DNA of 7,115 nucleotides from a virus (Duplodnaviria; Heunggongvirae; Uroviricota; Caudoviricetes): IMG/VR virus record IMGVR_UViG_2690316210_000014; one strand, 5' to 3'. Shown piece by piece: positions 1 to 6,682 of this stretch (position 1 is its first letter; each line of letters starts with the position of its first letter). The notes under the pieces were generated by a model. It saw only the letters and a program-made list of their open reading frames with translations, ran no database searches and was not told where the DNA came from. The position numbers and the translations under genes were made by a program.

Positions 1-36
1 CATCATACACTAAATCAGTAAGTTGGCAGCATCACC
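1..36 (-). mobile_element. IS1 terminal fragment: left inverted repeat, outer end at position 36; the element body lies beyond the window start
   Basis: Reverse complement of 1-36 reads GGTGATGCTGCCAACTTACTGATTTAGTGTATGATG, which I recognise as the first 36 nt of IS1 (left end). The window opens inside the element, so only the terminus is visible. Confidence 0.8.
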
Positions 37-188
37 CCGCCACAGAACAATTATTGCTTTTGCCGTTGATGACAATAAAGTTTTTATCGCAGGCGTATAC
101 CACGGTGGGCAAATCTATGAAACCGATTTTTTATCCAGTGCACCGTAAAACCCCCATCCTTCAGGGCGTGGCGGATATCAAACTTTGG

Positions 189-1271
189 TCATTTTCTCTG
201 GCTGATCTTTACCGGATAACCATCCCGAAGATCAATTAAGTGCTCCGGTTCAGAAGCAAACCATGCATAAGATCCCCACGCCAATTCTGGTATTGCCTTT
301 TTAAAAGGCAGAGCACTTCTGTCCATAAATGCCGTAAGGAATGCAAGATTTTTCTCGCTGAACCCAGCGTCAATAGCCAAATGAGTGAGAGTAACTTTTC
401 GTTCCCTGTTTATAGGCCCATCTGTCGCAACTACTTCAGTGAAAACTACAAGCATGTCCGAACCCGTTCGGTCCTCTCCCAAATCAATCAAAATAATATC
501 TGGAAGTGCTTTTGAGGCATCAATATTCAGCCCCAATGCTTTTGCCAATACATCATCCTGAGCAACAACTTTATTCCCGGATTCAGACAACCAGAGCACA
601 GTTGGATTCTTAAGAAAATTAGGAGCAAAAACTTCGATGACGGCCTTAGCTATTGTACTTGACGGGCCCGGAGCTAAAGTTCTCTTCTCTCCATTTGGGA
701 AAGTGACGACTACGGCATCAGCAGCAATCACTGCCCCTGATTTCAATAAACGCAACCTAGCAAGAGCGGCTTTGTTCAAATGATTTTCTTGCCAGGAACT
801 TATTGCACTCAGCAGCGAATCTCCTTCAAGCCCGGCATCAAAGAGTGCTGCAAAAGAGCGATTCAAACTGTAACGAGGACGAGAGGATGTGGTGGGTATA
901 CCTTTACGCTCAACAATTGCATTGCAAGGTATTAGGCCATTTTTTATAGTTTCATCACGTATTGGCTCACGCGTATTTTCCGCATACCATGCATCAGCAG
1001 GCCTTATCTTTTGTTTAGAGAAAGTCATCTTTACCCAGCTTTCTCTGGACGCATCATCAGTAAGAGCAGCCTGCGAATCTCCCATACTTACAACCTGGCT
1101 GGGCCTTATCCATCGCCCCAGCCCCTCAACCGCACCAGCATAAAACATGACAAAAATTGTTTTTGCAGCTATTTCCCGAATTAAATATCCACGATTCTCA
1201 GTCCCTTCAGGGAAAATTAATTGTAATCTTTCCCGGATAACATTCAATGGGGGAACAACAGGCAGATTCAT
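189..1271 (-). CDS. Putative Type II restriction endonuclease, partner of the adjacent methyltransferase; family not established (BsuBI/PstI-like is a guess)
   Basis: 360-aa ORF immediately 3' of the methyltransferase on the same strand. Its ATG (1269-1271) overlaps the methyltransferase stop in an ATGA (1268-1271), with GGAG about 10 nt upstream. A possible acidic catalytic segment LPDIILIDLGED...VVFTEVVATD is present, but there is no canonical PD-(D/E)xK lysine. The call is mainly contextual. Confidence 0.55.
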   Translation of the reverse strand: MNLPVVPPLNVIRERLQLIFPEGTENRGYLIREIAAKTIFVMFYAGAVEGLGRWIRPSQVVSMGDSQAALTDDASRESWVKMTFSKQKIRPADAWYAENTREPIRDETIKNGLIPCNAIVERKGIPTTSSRPRYSLNRSFAALFDAGLEGDSLLSAISSWQENHLNKAALARLRLLKSGAVIAADAVVVTFPNGEKRTLAPGPSSTIAKAVIEVFAPNFLKNPTVLWLSESGNKVVAQDDVLAKALGLNIDASKALPDIILIDLGEDRTGSDMLVVFTEVVATDGPINRERKVTLTHLAIDAGFSEKNLAFLTAFMDRSALPFKKAIPELAWGSYAWFASEPEHLIDLRDGYPVKISQRK

Positions 1272-3100
1272 GCAATCATCACTCCATAGAAACCAGCGAT
1301 AGTTCTCTCAATAATCCGTCTGTGGACGCCAGCATCAATTAACGATTGAATCTCCATCACCTGCTCCAGAGAAGGCAACGGGATTGAATTCAATTCATAG
1401 GCCGAAACAGCAACACTTCCGCTTATACACCTGAACGCCCGATCGACAACATGCGAATTAAGTAGCATATCAATAACATCAGGGCGAACCGCAGAGAACA
1501 ATCCGTTTGAATATACAATATTAATATGGTTTTCAACTACTACGCCACCAGTTTCATCTATAAATCCCTGAGGTAAAATTGCCGCTAAAATCCTTCTGTC
1601 CTGTTCCTTCGATGTTGTCCGCTGAACAAGCACACATTCAGATTTTGTCACAAGGAAACCCTGTTGTGGGGTTATATCGATATAGGGAACATGATTTTTT
1701 CTGTCTGCACTAAAACGAAAACCAGCTGAAGTTATTGATTCCGCCCAGACTAATGGGTAGCTATTTTTTCCTTTCGTCGTACGCAACTGCGACTTAAATC
1801 GATTCCAGACTAACTGACCTGTAGAGACTGAGTATCCCAGATCAGCTAAACGCGTAGACATCTGTTTTAATACATTAAGAAAACAGGCATCATCTTTAAC
1901 GCGTGGCAAAAGCCACGTTGCTCCACCTTTTTCTATATCAACATTACCTATTTTCTCAATTTTTGCTTTGTTCAACCCCTTAGGGACAAGTGAGGATACC
2001 TGGGCCCGAACTTTATGTTCTCCCGCCTTGAATGCTGTCAACATTGTTTCCTGGAGAACATCGTCAAAGACCCCATCCCTGTCAGCGACGAAATCAAGGG
2101 CATACGGAGTAGTTTTTTCGGTCAAAAGGGTTCGCAGCGCGGTGAAATACTGCCCACCAAGAAAAGAAGTTGGCGTAAGAAATGCAATAACTCCTGTTTT
2201 CTCTTTAACCATGCGAACAGCTAAGTCGGTGAACAATCCATATAGATTTGCATGACCAAATAACGAACGAGAATATTTTTCTCTCGTTTTAATATCGAGA
2301 GTGACACGTCCGTAAGGCGGATTCCCTACCACAAGATCATAACCAGAAAATTTATCTTGCTGAAGCGCATCAGCAACAATAATTGTATCTTCAGGCAATC
2401 TACGTTTTACCTTTACACATAGTGGCATTAGTACAGATTCGAGCAATACCAAACTCATCCAAGCCGCAAATGGATCGATTTCTATCCCCTTTAAACGACG
2501 ACTGATTCTCCTCAACATCCATTCAGGGGAAGACCCCTTGTCTTTTTTTAACATTCGAATGGCTACTGGTGCCAAAAATGCACCGCCACCACACGCAGGA
2601 TCAATAACCGATGCATGAGAAAAATCAACACCAGACTTTTCAGCCAGGTCCAAGAGACGCGCTACCAAAGGTGGGGGGGTATAGTAAGCCCCCAATTCCG
2701 AACGGTAAGCGGATGGCAGCATTACCGTATAAATTGACCCAATCAGATATCCAGCGTCCTCCGCCGGAAATTGAGCAATAAGCTCACCTGTTCGTTCAGC
2801 GAGCTCGCGTGCATCACATGGAATGTCTTCTATGTAAACAGTGTGCGGTACTGCCCTCATTTTAATGCTGCTTTTTTGCTTTTTTGCAAGGGTATCCCAA
2901 TATGCAGCTACGATGCTGAAGCAGTATGAGCGGGCATGCATCAACCTTGACTGCCCGGTTTTGTAATTGCCCGCATAACCTTTGGCCATGGCTTTACAAG
3001 TTTGATATCTTTCCAGATTAGAAAACTCATTATCTGTAAAAAAATCAAAATGTTGCACATTCATAATGTAAAATCCTAATGTATCAAACATGCGGGCCAT
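1268..3100 (-). CDS. Gamma-class N6-adenine DNA methyltransferase (TaqI/Eco57I-like amino-MTase) with C-terminal target-recognition region
   Basis: 610-aa ORF with motif order X-I-IV: GAYYTPPPLVARLL (motif X-like), VIDPACGGGAFL (AdoMet-binding motif I), DLVVGNPPYG (catalytic NPPY motif IV). About 250 aa follow motif IV and about 140 aa precede motif X. The coordinates are the longest ORF; an alternative start is the ATG at 3062-3064 (MNVQHF..., AGGA about 10 nt upstream). An in-frame TGA lies 9 nt upstream of the 3100 start. Confidence 0.9.
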   Translation of the reverse strand: MARMFDTLGFYIMNVQHFDFFTDNEFSNLERYQTCKAMAKGYAGNYKTGQSRLMHARSYCFSIVAAYWDTLAKKQKSSIKMRAVPHTVYIEDIPCDARELAERTGELIAQFPAEDAGYLIGSIYTVMLPSAYRSELGAYYTPPPLVARLLDLAEKSGVDFSHASVIDPACGGGAFLAPVAIRMLKKDKGSSPEWMLRRISRRLKGIEIDPFAAWMSLVLLESVLMPLCVKVKRRLPEDTIIVADALQQDKFSGYDLVVGNPPYGRVTLDIKTREKYSRSLFGHANLYGLFTDLAVRMVKEKTGVIAFLTPTSFLGGQYFTALRTLLTEKTTPYALDFVADRDGVFDDVLQETMLTAFKAGEHKVRAQVSSLVPKGLNKAKIEKIGNVDIEKGGATWLLPRVKDDACFLNVLKQMSTRLADLGYSVSTGQLVWNRFKSQLRTTKGKNSYPLVWAESITSAGFRFSADRKNHVPYIDITPQQGFLVTKSECVLVQRTTSKEQDRRILAAILPQGFIDETGGVVVENHINIVYSNGLFSAVRPDVIDMLLNSHVVDRAFRCISGSVAVSAYELNSIPLPSLEQVMEIQSLIDAGVHRRIIERTIAGFYGVMIA

Positions 3101-3314
3101 AACATCTCATGGTGGCGCATAGCAAACTGGCCCGAAGAATATCACGCACCAAGTCGATCTCATAACCCGTTATGACAATAAATCTTTGTAGCTGAACTCA
3201 CTTGGTGATTTGTCAATCATTCCTGGCCTCCAGTTCGTCCTGAATCTCTTTATCGAGTTCACCGTATTTGTTAGTCCTCATCACTCACGACTTGACTTCC
3301 AGAAATAACCTTGA

Positions 3315-3671
3315 TTATTCGGGGCTATATTTTGTCACCCTGCGTATCCGCGCTTTCGCATTACGCTCAATCTGGATTAGCTTTTCTATATTTTTTCGCC
3401 TTTCCCGCTCCTCCTGGCGCAAGAGCCTTACATCATCTGCCAGTCTGGTTTCTCTTTTCGCCACAGAGAGCATCCAGTCAAATGGCTCCACAACTGCACC
3501 GCAAATTTTACAGCGGACCTGACGCTCTTTTTCGTCAACCCGGACAGAAGCGTGATGGCAATATGGTCTTTCCGATGGCTCATAAAGAAAATTAACCTGA
3601 TTACGAGGGTCATCCTCTTTTACCGGAAATAAAACGATATTGCTTAACTCATCTTCTGGTTTTATTTCCAT
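3315..3671 (-). CDS. Hypothetical prophage protein with Zn-ribbon-like CHH...CxxC segment and basic coiled-coil tail
   Basis: ORF ends at TAA 3315-3317. The preferred start is the ATG at 3669-3671, preceded by AAGGAGAGGAG (MEIKPEDEL...). The longest ORF begins at GTG 3728, directly abutting the upstream gene stop. It contains CHHASVRVDEKERQVRCKICG. No family recognised. Confidence 0.5.
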   Translation of the reverse strand: MEIKPEDELSNIVLFPVKEDDPRNQVNFLYEPSERPYCHHASVRVDEKERQVRCKICGAVVEPFDWMLSVAKRETRLADDVRLLRQEERERRKNIEKLIQIERNAKARIRRVTKYSPE

Positions 3672-3728
3672 GCTCCTCTCCTTTGATGCGAATGCCAGCG
3701 GTAATTGAAGCCTGATAGCTAATTTCAC

Positions 3729-4151
3729 TCACAGTACCGCCTCCTGAAAATCACCCTGATAGAAAGCCGGTACACGCTGCATAACTTCACTCTTCCGGCA
3801 CTCGCGACAGATTATGTTCTGATGTCTGTCGTAGCGGCGTATTTCTCCGTCTGGTAATGACCAGATAAGGTCCGGATCAACCACAGATGGTTTCTTCAGC
3901 TTTGCCCTCGAGAGTTTTTTGCGGGCGTTTTGCCAGTCCTTACGAGCCTGTTCAGACGGGAATAACCCGTAGCCAGAGTTGTATACATCCCCACTGGCAA
4001 CCAGCTCTCTGGCGAGAACGCTTATTAAATATCTTGTCGCCCCGGTTTTAGCTTCCAGTTGTCGTAACGTCTCGCGCCCACTCTGGCGTACGAGTTCAAC
4101 AACCTGCCCCTTAATTTTTTCCCGCTCTTCCTGTGTAAATACTTTTGCCAT
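3729..4151 (-). CDS. Hypothetical prophage protein (helix-turn-helix-like N-terminus, CxxC near C-terminus)
   Basis: ORF with stop TGA at 3729-3731. The preferred start is the ATG at 4149-4151 (MAKVFTQEE...); the longest form starts at TTG 4166, one base after the upstream gene stop. It contains IICRECRK. No family recognised. Confidence 0.5.
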   Translation of the reverse strand: MAKVFTQEEREKIKGQVVELVRQSGRETLRQLEAKTGATRYLISVLARELVASGDVYNSGYGLFPSEQARKDWQNARKKLSRAKLKKPSVVDPDLIWSLPDGEIRRYDRHQNIICRECRKSEVMQRVPAFYQGDFQEAVL

Positions 4152-4166
4152 AAGCGCCCCCGGCAA

Positions 4167-4892
4167 TCACTTTTCCGACACAATACGACCGGAGGAATCG
4201 ACAATCTGTCGAACAATATCCCGGTGCTTGTTCAGCTCCCGCAACGCGGCGCAGACACGCTCCCACTTCTGGACATGACTTTTCGCCCGACGCAGTTCGC
4301 GGTTTGCCATATGCAGCGATGGTAAAACCAGGTCATCCGCTTGCGTTTCGGTGAACGATGGCAACGACTGCACAATGTCCGCCACAGTTTCTGTTTTAAT
4401 TTCTTCCTGTGTTGCAGCTTCCTGTACCGGTAACGCAACACCTGCTGGCTGAGGAAAGACTTTACCATCCGTTTCCGCTATGGATGCGGCTTTCGGCTCT
4501 GCCGGTAAATCAGCGCCCGGTATGCAGTACCGAAATTTACCGCCCTGATTCACGCGAATCAGACGCCCTTTGCTGATTGCCATGGCCAGCGATGAATTCG
4601 CCCGGCGGGAGGTAATCCCGAACATCAGTGCCAGCTCATCCGCCGTTTGTGGGCCATGTTGTTCAATCGCCTCAGTCAGCATTTGCGCTGTCACTTTCGG
4701 TACCGGTGACACTGGTTCACTTTCACCAGCCTGAATCAGCCACCACATCGAACCCTTGTTATCCGCTTCACCACGGCGCTTCAGTTTCCACAGTTCGTTG
4801 ACCGCATCTTCACGGCTGATTCCAAGGCGGGACGCCACCACATGTGAAGAGGCTCTTTTCAGTGCTTTCAGTGCGTCAAATACAGTTTCCAT
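4167..4892 (-). CDS. Hypothetical prophage protein with two tandem winged-helix-like segments
   Basis: ORF with stop TGA at 4167-4169. The preferred start is the ATG at 4890-4892, preceded by GGAGGA (4900-4905) at 7-nt spacing; the longest ORF starts at TTG 4910. Two internally similar segments ([34 protein letters not shown] and [36 protein letters not shown]) suggest a duplicated DNA-binding fold. Confidence 0.55.
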   Translation of the reverse strand: METVFDALKALKRASSHVVASRLGISREDAVNELWKLKRRGEADNKGSMWWLIQAGESEPVSPVPKVTAQMLTEAIEQHGPQTADELALMFGITSRRANSSLAMAISKGRLIRVNQGGKFRYCIPGADLPAEPKAASIAETDGKVFPQPAGVALPVQEAATQEEIKTETVADIVQSLPSFTETQADDLVLPSLHMANRELRRAKSHVQKWERVCAALRELNKHRDIVRQIVDSSGRIVSEK

Positions 4893-4913
4893 TAAAACAT
4901 CCTCCAACAAAAA

Positions 4914-5564
4914 TTACTTCACAACTCCCGGAAAGCTGACATTTGAACGCCAGCTATCCCAGTTAAACGTCACCCACCGACAACCGTTCATGGTCATGCG
5001 GTCCATAATCCTCTCACCAAGAAGCGTGCTCATTGCGGCATGATTCAGGTTTGTTAACATCCCGACACTGCACAGTGATGCTGTCCGGCGATCAATTATC
5101 TGGTGCAATACCACCTGCTCGTTTTTCGTCTCCCGCTGAATGCCTATTTCATCCAGGACCAGCAAATCAACCCCGCAAAGCTCCTGTAAAAATTTTTCAC
5201 CCATCGCCGCTGCAAGGTGATTTTTCCCGGTGCCGGTTTTACCGCTGAACACAAAATTCGTGCACCCGGTCATCAGTTCGTCAGCTATGGATTTGGCCTG
5301 GCTCAGCGCGTATTTTTGCCCGTCGTTCTGCACCTGATAATTTGCAAACGAGCATTTGCTGTGCAGAGGCTGGATGCCCGAACGATTCAGGATTTTTTCC
5401 ACCCGCAACTGGCGATTCTGGCGGTTAATCTCCTCGCTGCGTTTTCGTCCTTCAGCAAGTTGCCATTCCCGCCACTCCTCCACCGTCCGGTACGGTGGAA
5501 CCGCCCCCTGTGGTGCAAGTCTGTGAATACGTTCAAGAACCCCGGCTGCCGCAATGTTTTTCAT
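4914..5564 (-). CDS. Phage DnaC/IstB-like AAA+ ATPase (helicase loader; lambda P functional analogue)
   Basis: 216-aa ORF with Walker A FSGKTGTGKNHLAAA and Walker B DLLVLDEIG. It starts 6 nt after the stop of the initiator-like gene (ATG 5562-5564). This is the position of the ydaV/DnaC-like gene in Rac-type prophages. Confidence 0.85.
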   Translation of the reverse strand: MKNIAAAGVLERIHRLAPQGAVPPYRTVEEWREWQLAEGRKRSEEINRQNRQLRVEKILNRSGIQPLHSKCSFANYQVQNDGQKYALSQAKSIADELMTGCTNFVFSGKTGTGKNHLAAAMGEKFLQELCGVDLLVLDEIGIQRETKNEQVVLHQIIDRRTASLCSVGMLTNLNHAAMSTLLGERIMDRMTMNGCRWVTFNWDSWRSNVSFPGVVK

Positions 5565-5570
5565 GCCACA

Positions 5571-6611
5571 TCACCCCCTGAATCCCGGCGGAATTTCGGT
5601 ATCCGGTTCAGAAATATGATTCACACAACGCTGGTTGTTCGTGCCGCTTACCGGGAGCAACCAGGGGTTTTCAAAATTCCGGTCCGGCCCAAAAAACGTC
5701 GTCGCTCGCTGAACAAATTCCGTTCCCGCTTTCCCGGTCGCCGCCAGGTATCTCGCGTAACGCCTCACACCATCCAGCATGGTCTCTGGTGGCACCCCCT
5801 CGCGCAATCTGGCCTTCCAGGCACTGAATGCGGATTTCTTCGGGTTTGCCCCGGCACGCAACGGGTATTCCCGCCAGACCTGTTCGAACACATCCGGATA
5901 ATCCACTCGTCCCACAGGCTGCCCGGTGTTTTCCGGGGCTACCCGATCGGCTTCCCGCTGAATGGCGGAATCGGCTTCAGGCTGCTGCAGTTGGAGTGAT
6001 TGCTCCGGCCTTGCGGTCATCACCTGCTGCACAGCGCCCGAATCGGCTTCCGGTGTCGAGCCTGCTGGCTGACCAGGATTGACGGTCTGAACATCCCCTG
6101 CCTGGTTCGTGGCGTTTTTTACGCCATGGACCATAGTGTTTTGATCTTCTTTATCTGTATCTTTATCTGTATCTGTCGTGACTCGTCGTGACATGTGCGT
6201 GACATTTCGTGACGCGCCGTGACAATCGCCATTTTGTTCCCGCTTTCTTTCCCTCTCTCGCTGCGCCCTCTTGCGCTCTGCAGGAGATTTTGCGGTTTGC
6301 GAAATATTGCCGTTGTCCTCTTTAAGCACCTGGCGTTTTTCCCATCCAGTGATTAAATCACCATCAAGTACCCGCCCCTGCATCGTCTGCAAAATTGAAT
6401 CAATTACCTCTTCTGTCACGTCGAGCGCACTTGCCAAATCTTCTGTCGTGACATCAATGTGACCTCGCGTGACATTTCGTGACGCGCTCACCAGGAGGTG
6501 GATATACACTGCCATCACTGTTGCAATTGGCTGCCCTGACACCCTGGCAATTGTTCGCCACTTAGGGTCATTTGGCATGTCATGCCATAATCTGAGCCAG
6601 GCGTTAGCCAT
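5571..6611 (-). CDS. Phage replication initiator (lambda O-like / YdaU-like), with internal iteron arrays
   Basis: ORF ending TGA 5571-5573. The longest form starts at GTG 6617; the ATG at 6609-6611 preceded by AGAGGTGA is the likelier start (MANAWLRLWHDMPNDPKW...). It lies immediately upstream of the DnaC-like loader. A central low-complexity polar/acidic linker (RRVTTDTDKDTDKEDQ) is encoded by the repeat DNA, the same organisation as lambda O/ori. No catalytic motif recognised; function inferred from context. Confidence 0.65.
   Translation of the reverse strand: MANAWLRLWHDMPNDPKWRTIARVSGQPIATVMAVYIHLLVSASRNVTRGHIDVTTEDLASALDVTEEVIDSILQTMQGRVLDGDLITGWEKRQVLKEDNGNISQTAKSPAERKRAQRERERKREQNGDCHGASRNVTHMSRRVTTDTDKDTDKEDQNTMVHGVKNATNQAGDVQTVNPGQPAGSTPEADSGAVQQVMTARPEQSLQLQQPEADSAIQREADRVAPENTGQPVGRVDYPDVFEQVWREYPLRAGANPKKSAFSAWKARLREGVPPETMLDGVRRYARYLAATGKAGTEFVQRATTFFGPDRNFENPWLLPVSGTNNQRCVNHISEPDTEIPPGFRG
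6148..6223. repeat. Candidate replication origin core: AT-rich 12-bp tandem repeat followed by five phased CGTGAC iterons
   Basis: TCTTTATCTGTA at 6148-6159 and 6160-6171, plus a partial copy to 6176; this tract is about 29% GC by hand count. CGTGAC hexamers begin at 6177, 6187, 6198, 6208 and 6218, spaced 10-11 bp (one helical turn). All of this lies inside the initiator-like gene. Confidence 0.5.
6413..6487. repeat. Second iteron cluster in the 5' part of the initiator gene; contains an exact 21-bp copy of a segment of the first cluster
   Basis: CGTGAC or TGTGAC hexamers begin at 6447, 6458, 6468 and 6478 (10-11 bp spacing), with an inverted GTCACG at 6415-6420. GCGTGACATTTCGTGACGCGC at 6467-6487 is identical to 6197-6217. 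TCTGTCGTGAC also recurs at 6172-6182 and 6442-6452. Confidence 0.45.
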
Positions 6612-6682
6612 ACTCACCTCTTCTGATACCGAATCTTTTTACTCACGAGTTGCCGGGAGCGATTCGATATGGCTATTGTCAG

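Noticed and set aside
143-175. Possible intrinsic terminator downstream of the endonuclease gene (minus strand, short GC stem followed by TTTT)
   Set aside because: The stem is only 3-4 bp with a mismatch; too weak to call.
54-239. 61-aa plus-strand ORF between the IS1 end and the endonuclease stop
   Set aside because: Short, no RBS noticed, overlaps the 3' end of the endonuclease gene on the opposite strand; most likely spurious.
889-2255. Plus-strand ORFs of 69-95 aa (889-1143, 1968-2255, 2015-2224) inside the R-M genes
   Set aside because: Antisense to the MTase and REase coding sequence, which carries unambiguous motifs; no independent support.
189-3100. Naming the system as a PstI or BsuBI isoschizomer
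   Set aside because: I cannot recall those protein sequences well enough to match them, and the MTase is about 100 aa longer than I remember for M.PstI. CTGCAG occurs at 5985-5990 and 6288-6293 in the phage part, which shows nothing without knowing methylation status. Specificity is left unassigned.
3213-3281. 22-aa minus-strand mini-ORF (MRTNKYGELDKEIQDELEARND) in the junction region, considered as a possible controller or leader peptide
   Set aside because: No convincing RBS and too short for a C-protein HTH; likely chance.
3292-3331. Plus-strand TTGACT (3292-3297) followed by AT-rich -10-like hexamers
   Set aside because: It would drive transcription antisense to all genes in the window, and the spacing to the best -10 candidates is not convincing.
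4232-4468. 78-aa minus-strand ORF nested in another frame of the 4167-4892 gene
   Set aside because: Fully embedded in a longer ORF that has a strong RBS; highly basic, low-complexity translation typical of an out-of-frame artefact.
5217-5999. 260-aa plus-strand ORF spanning the DnaC-like and initiator genes
   Set aside because: It lies antisense to two genes with clear motifs (Walker A/B) and coupled starts. Its translation is low-complexity and R/P-rich, as expected for a shadow ORF in GC-richer DNA.
6148-6487. Possibility that the short direct repeats are a CRISPR array
   Set aside because: Repeat units are 6-21 bp at 10-11 bp phasing with no spacer-sized unique intervals, and they lie inside a coding sequence. 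This is iteron-like, not CRISPR-like.
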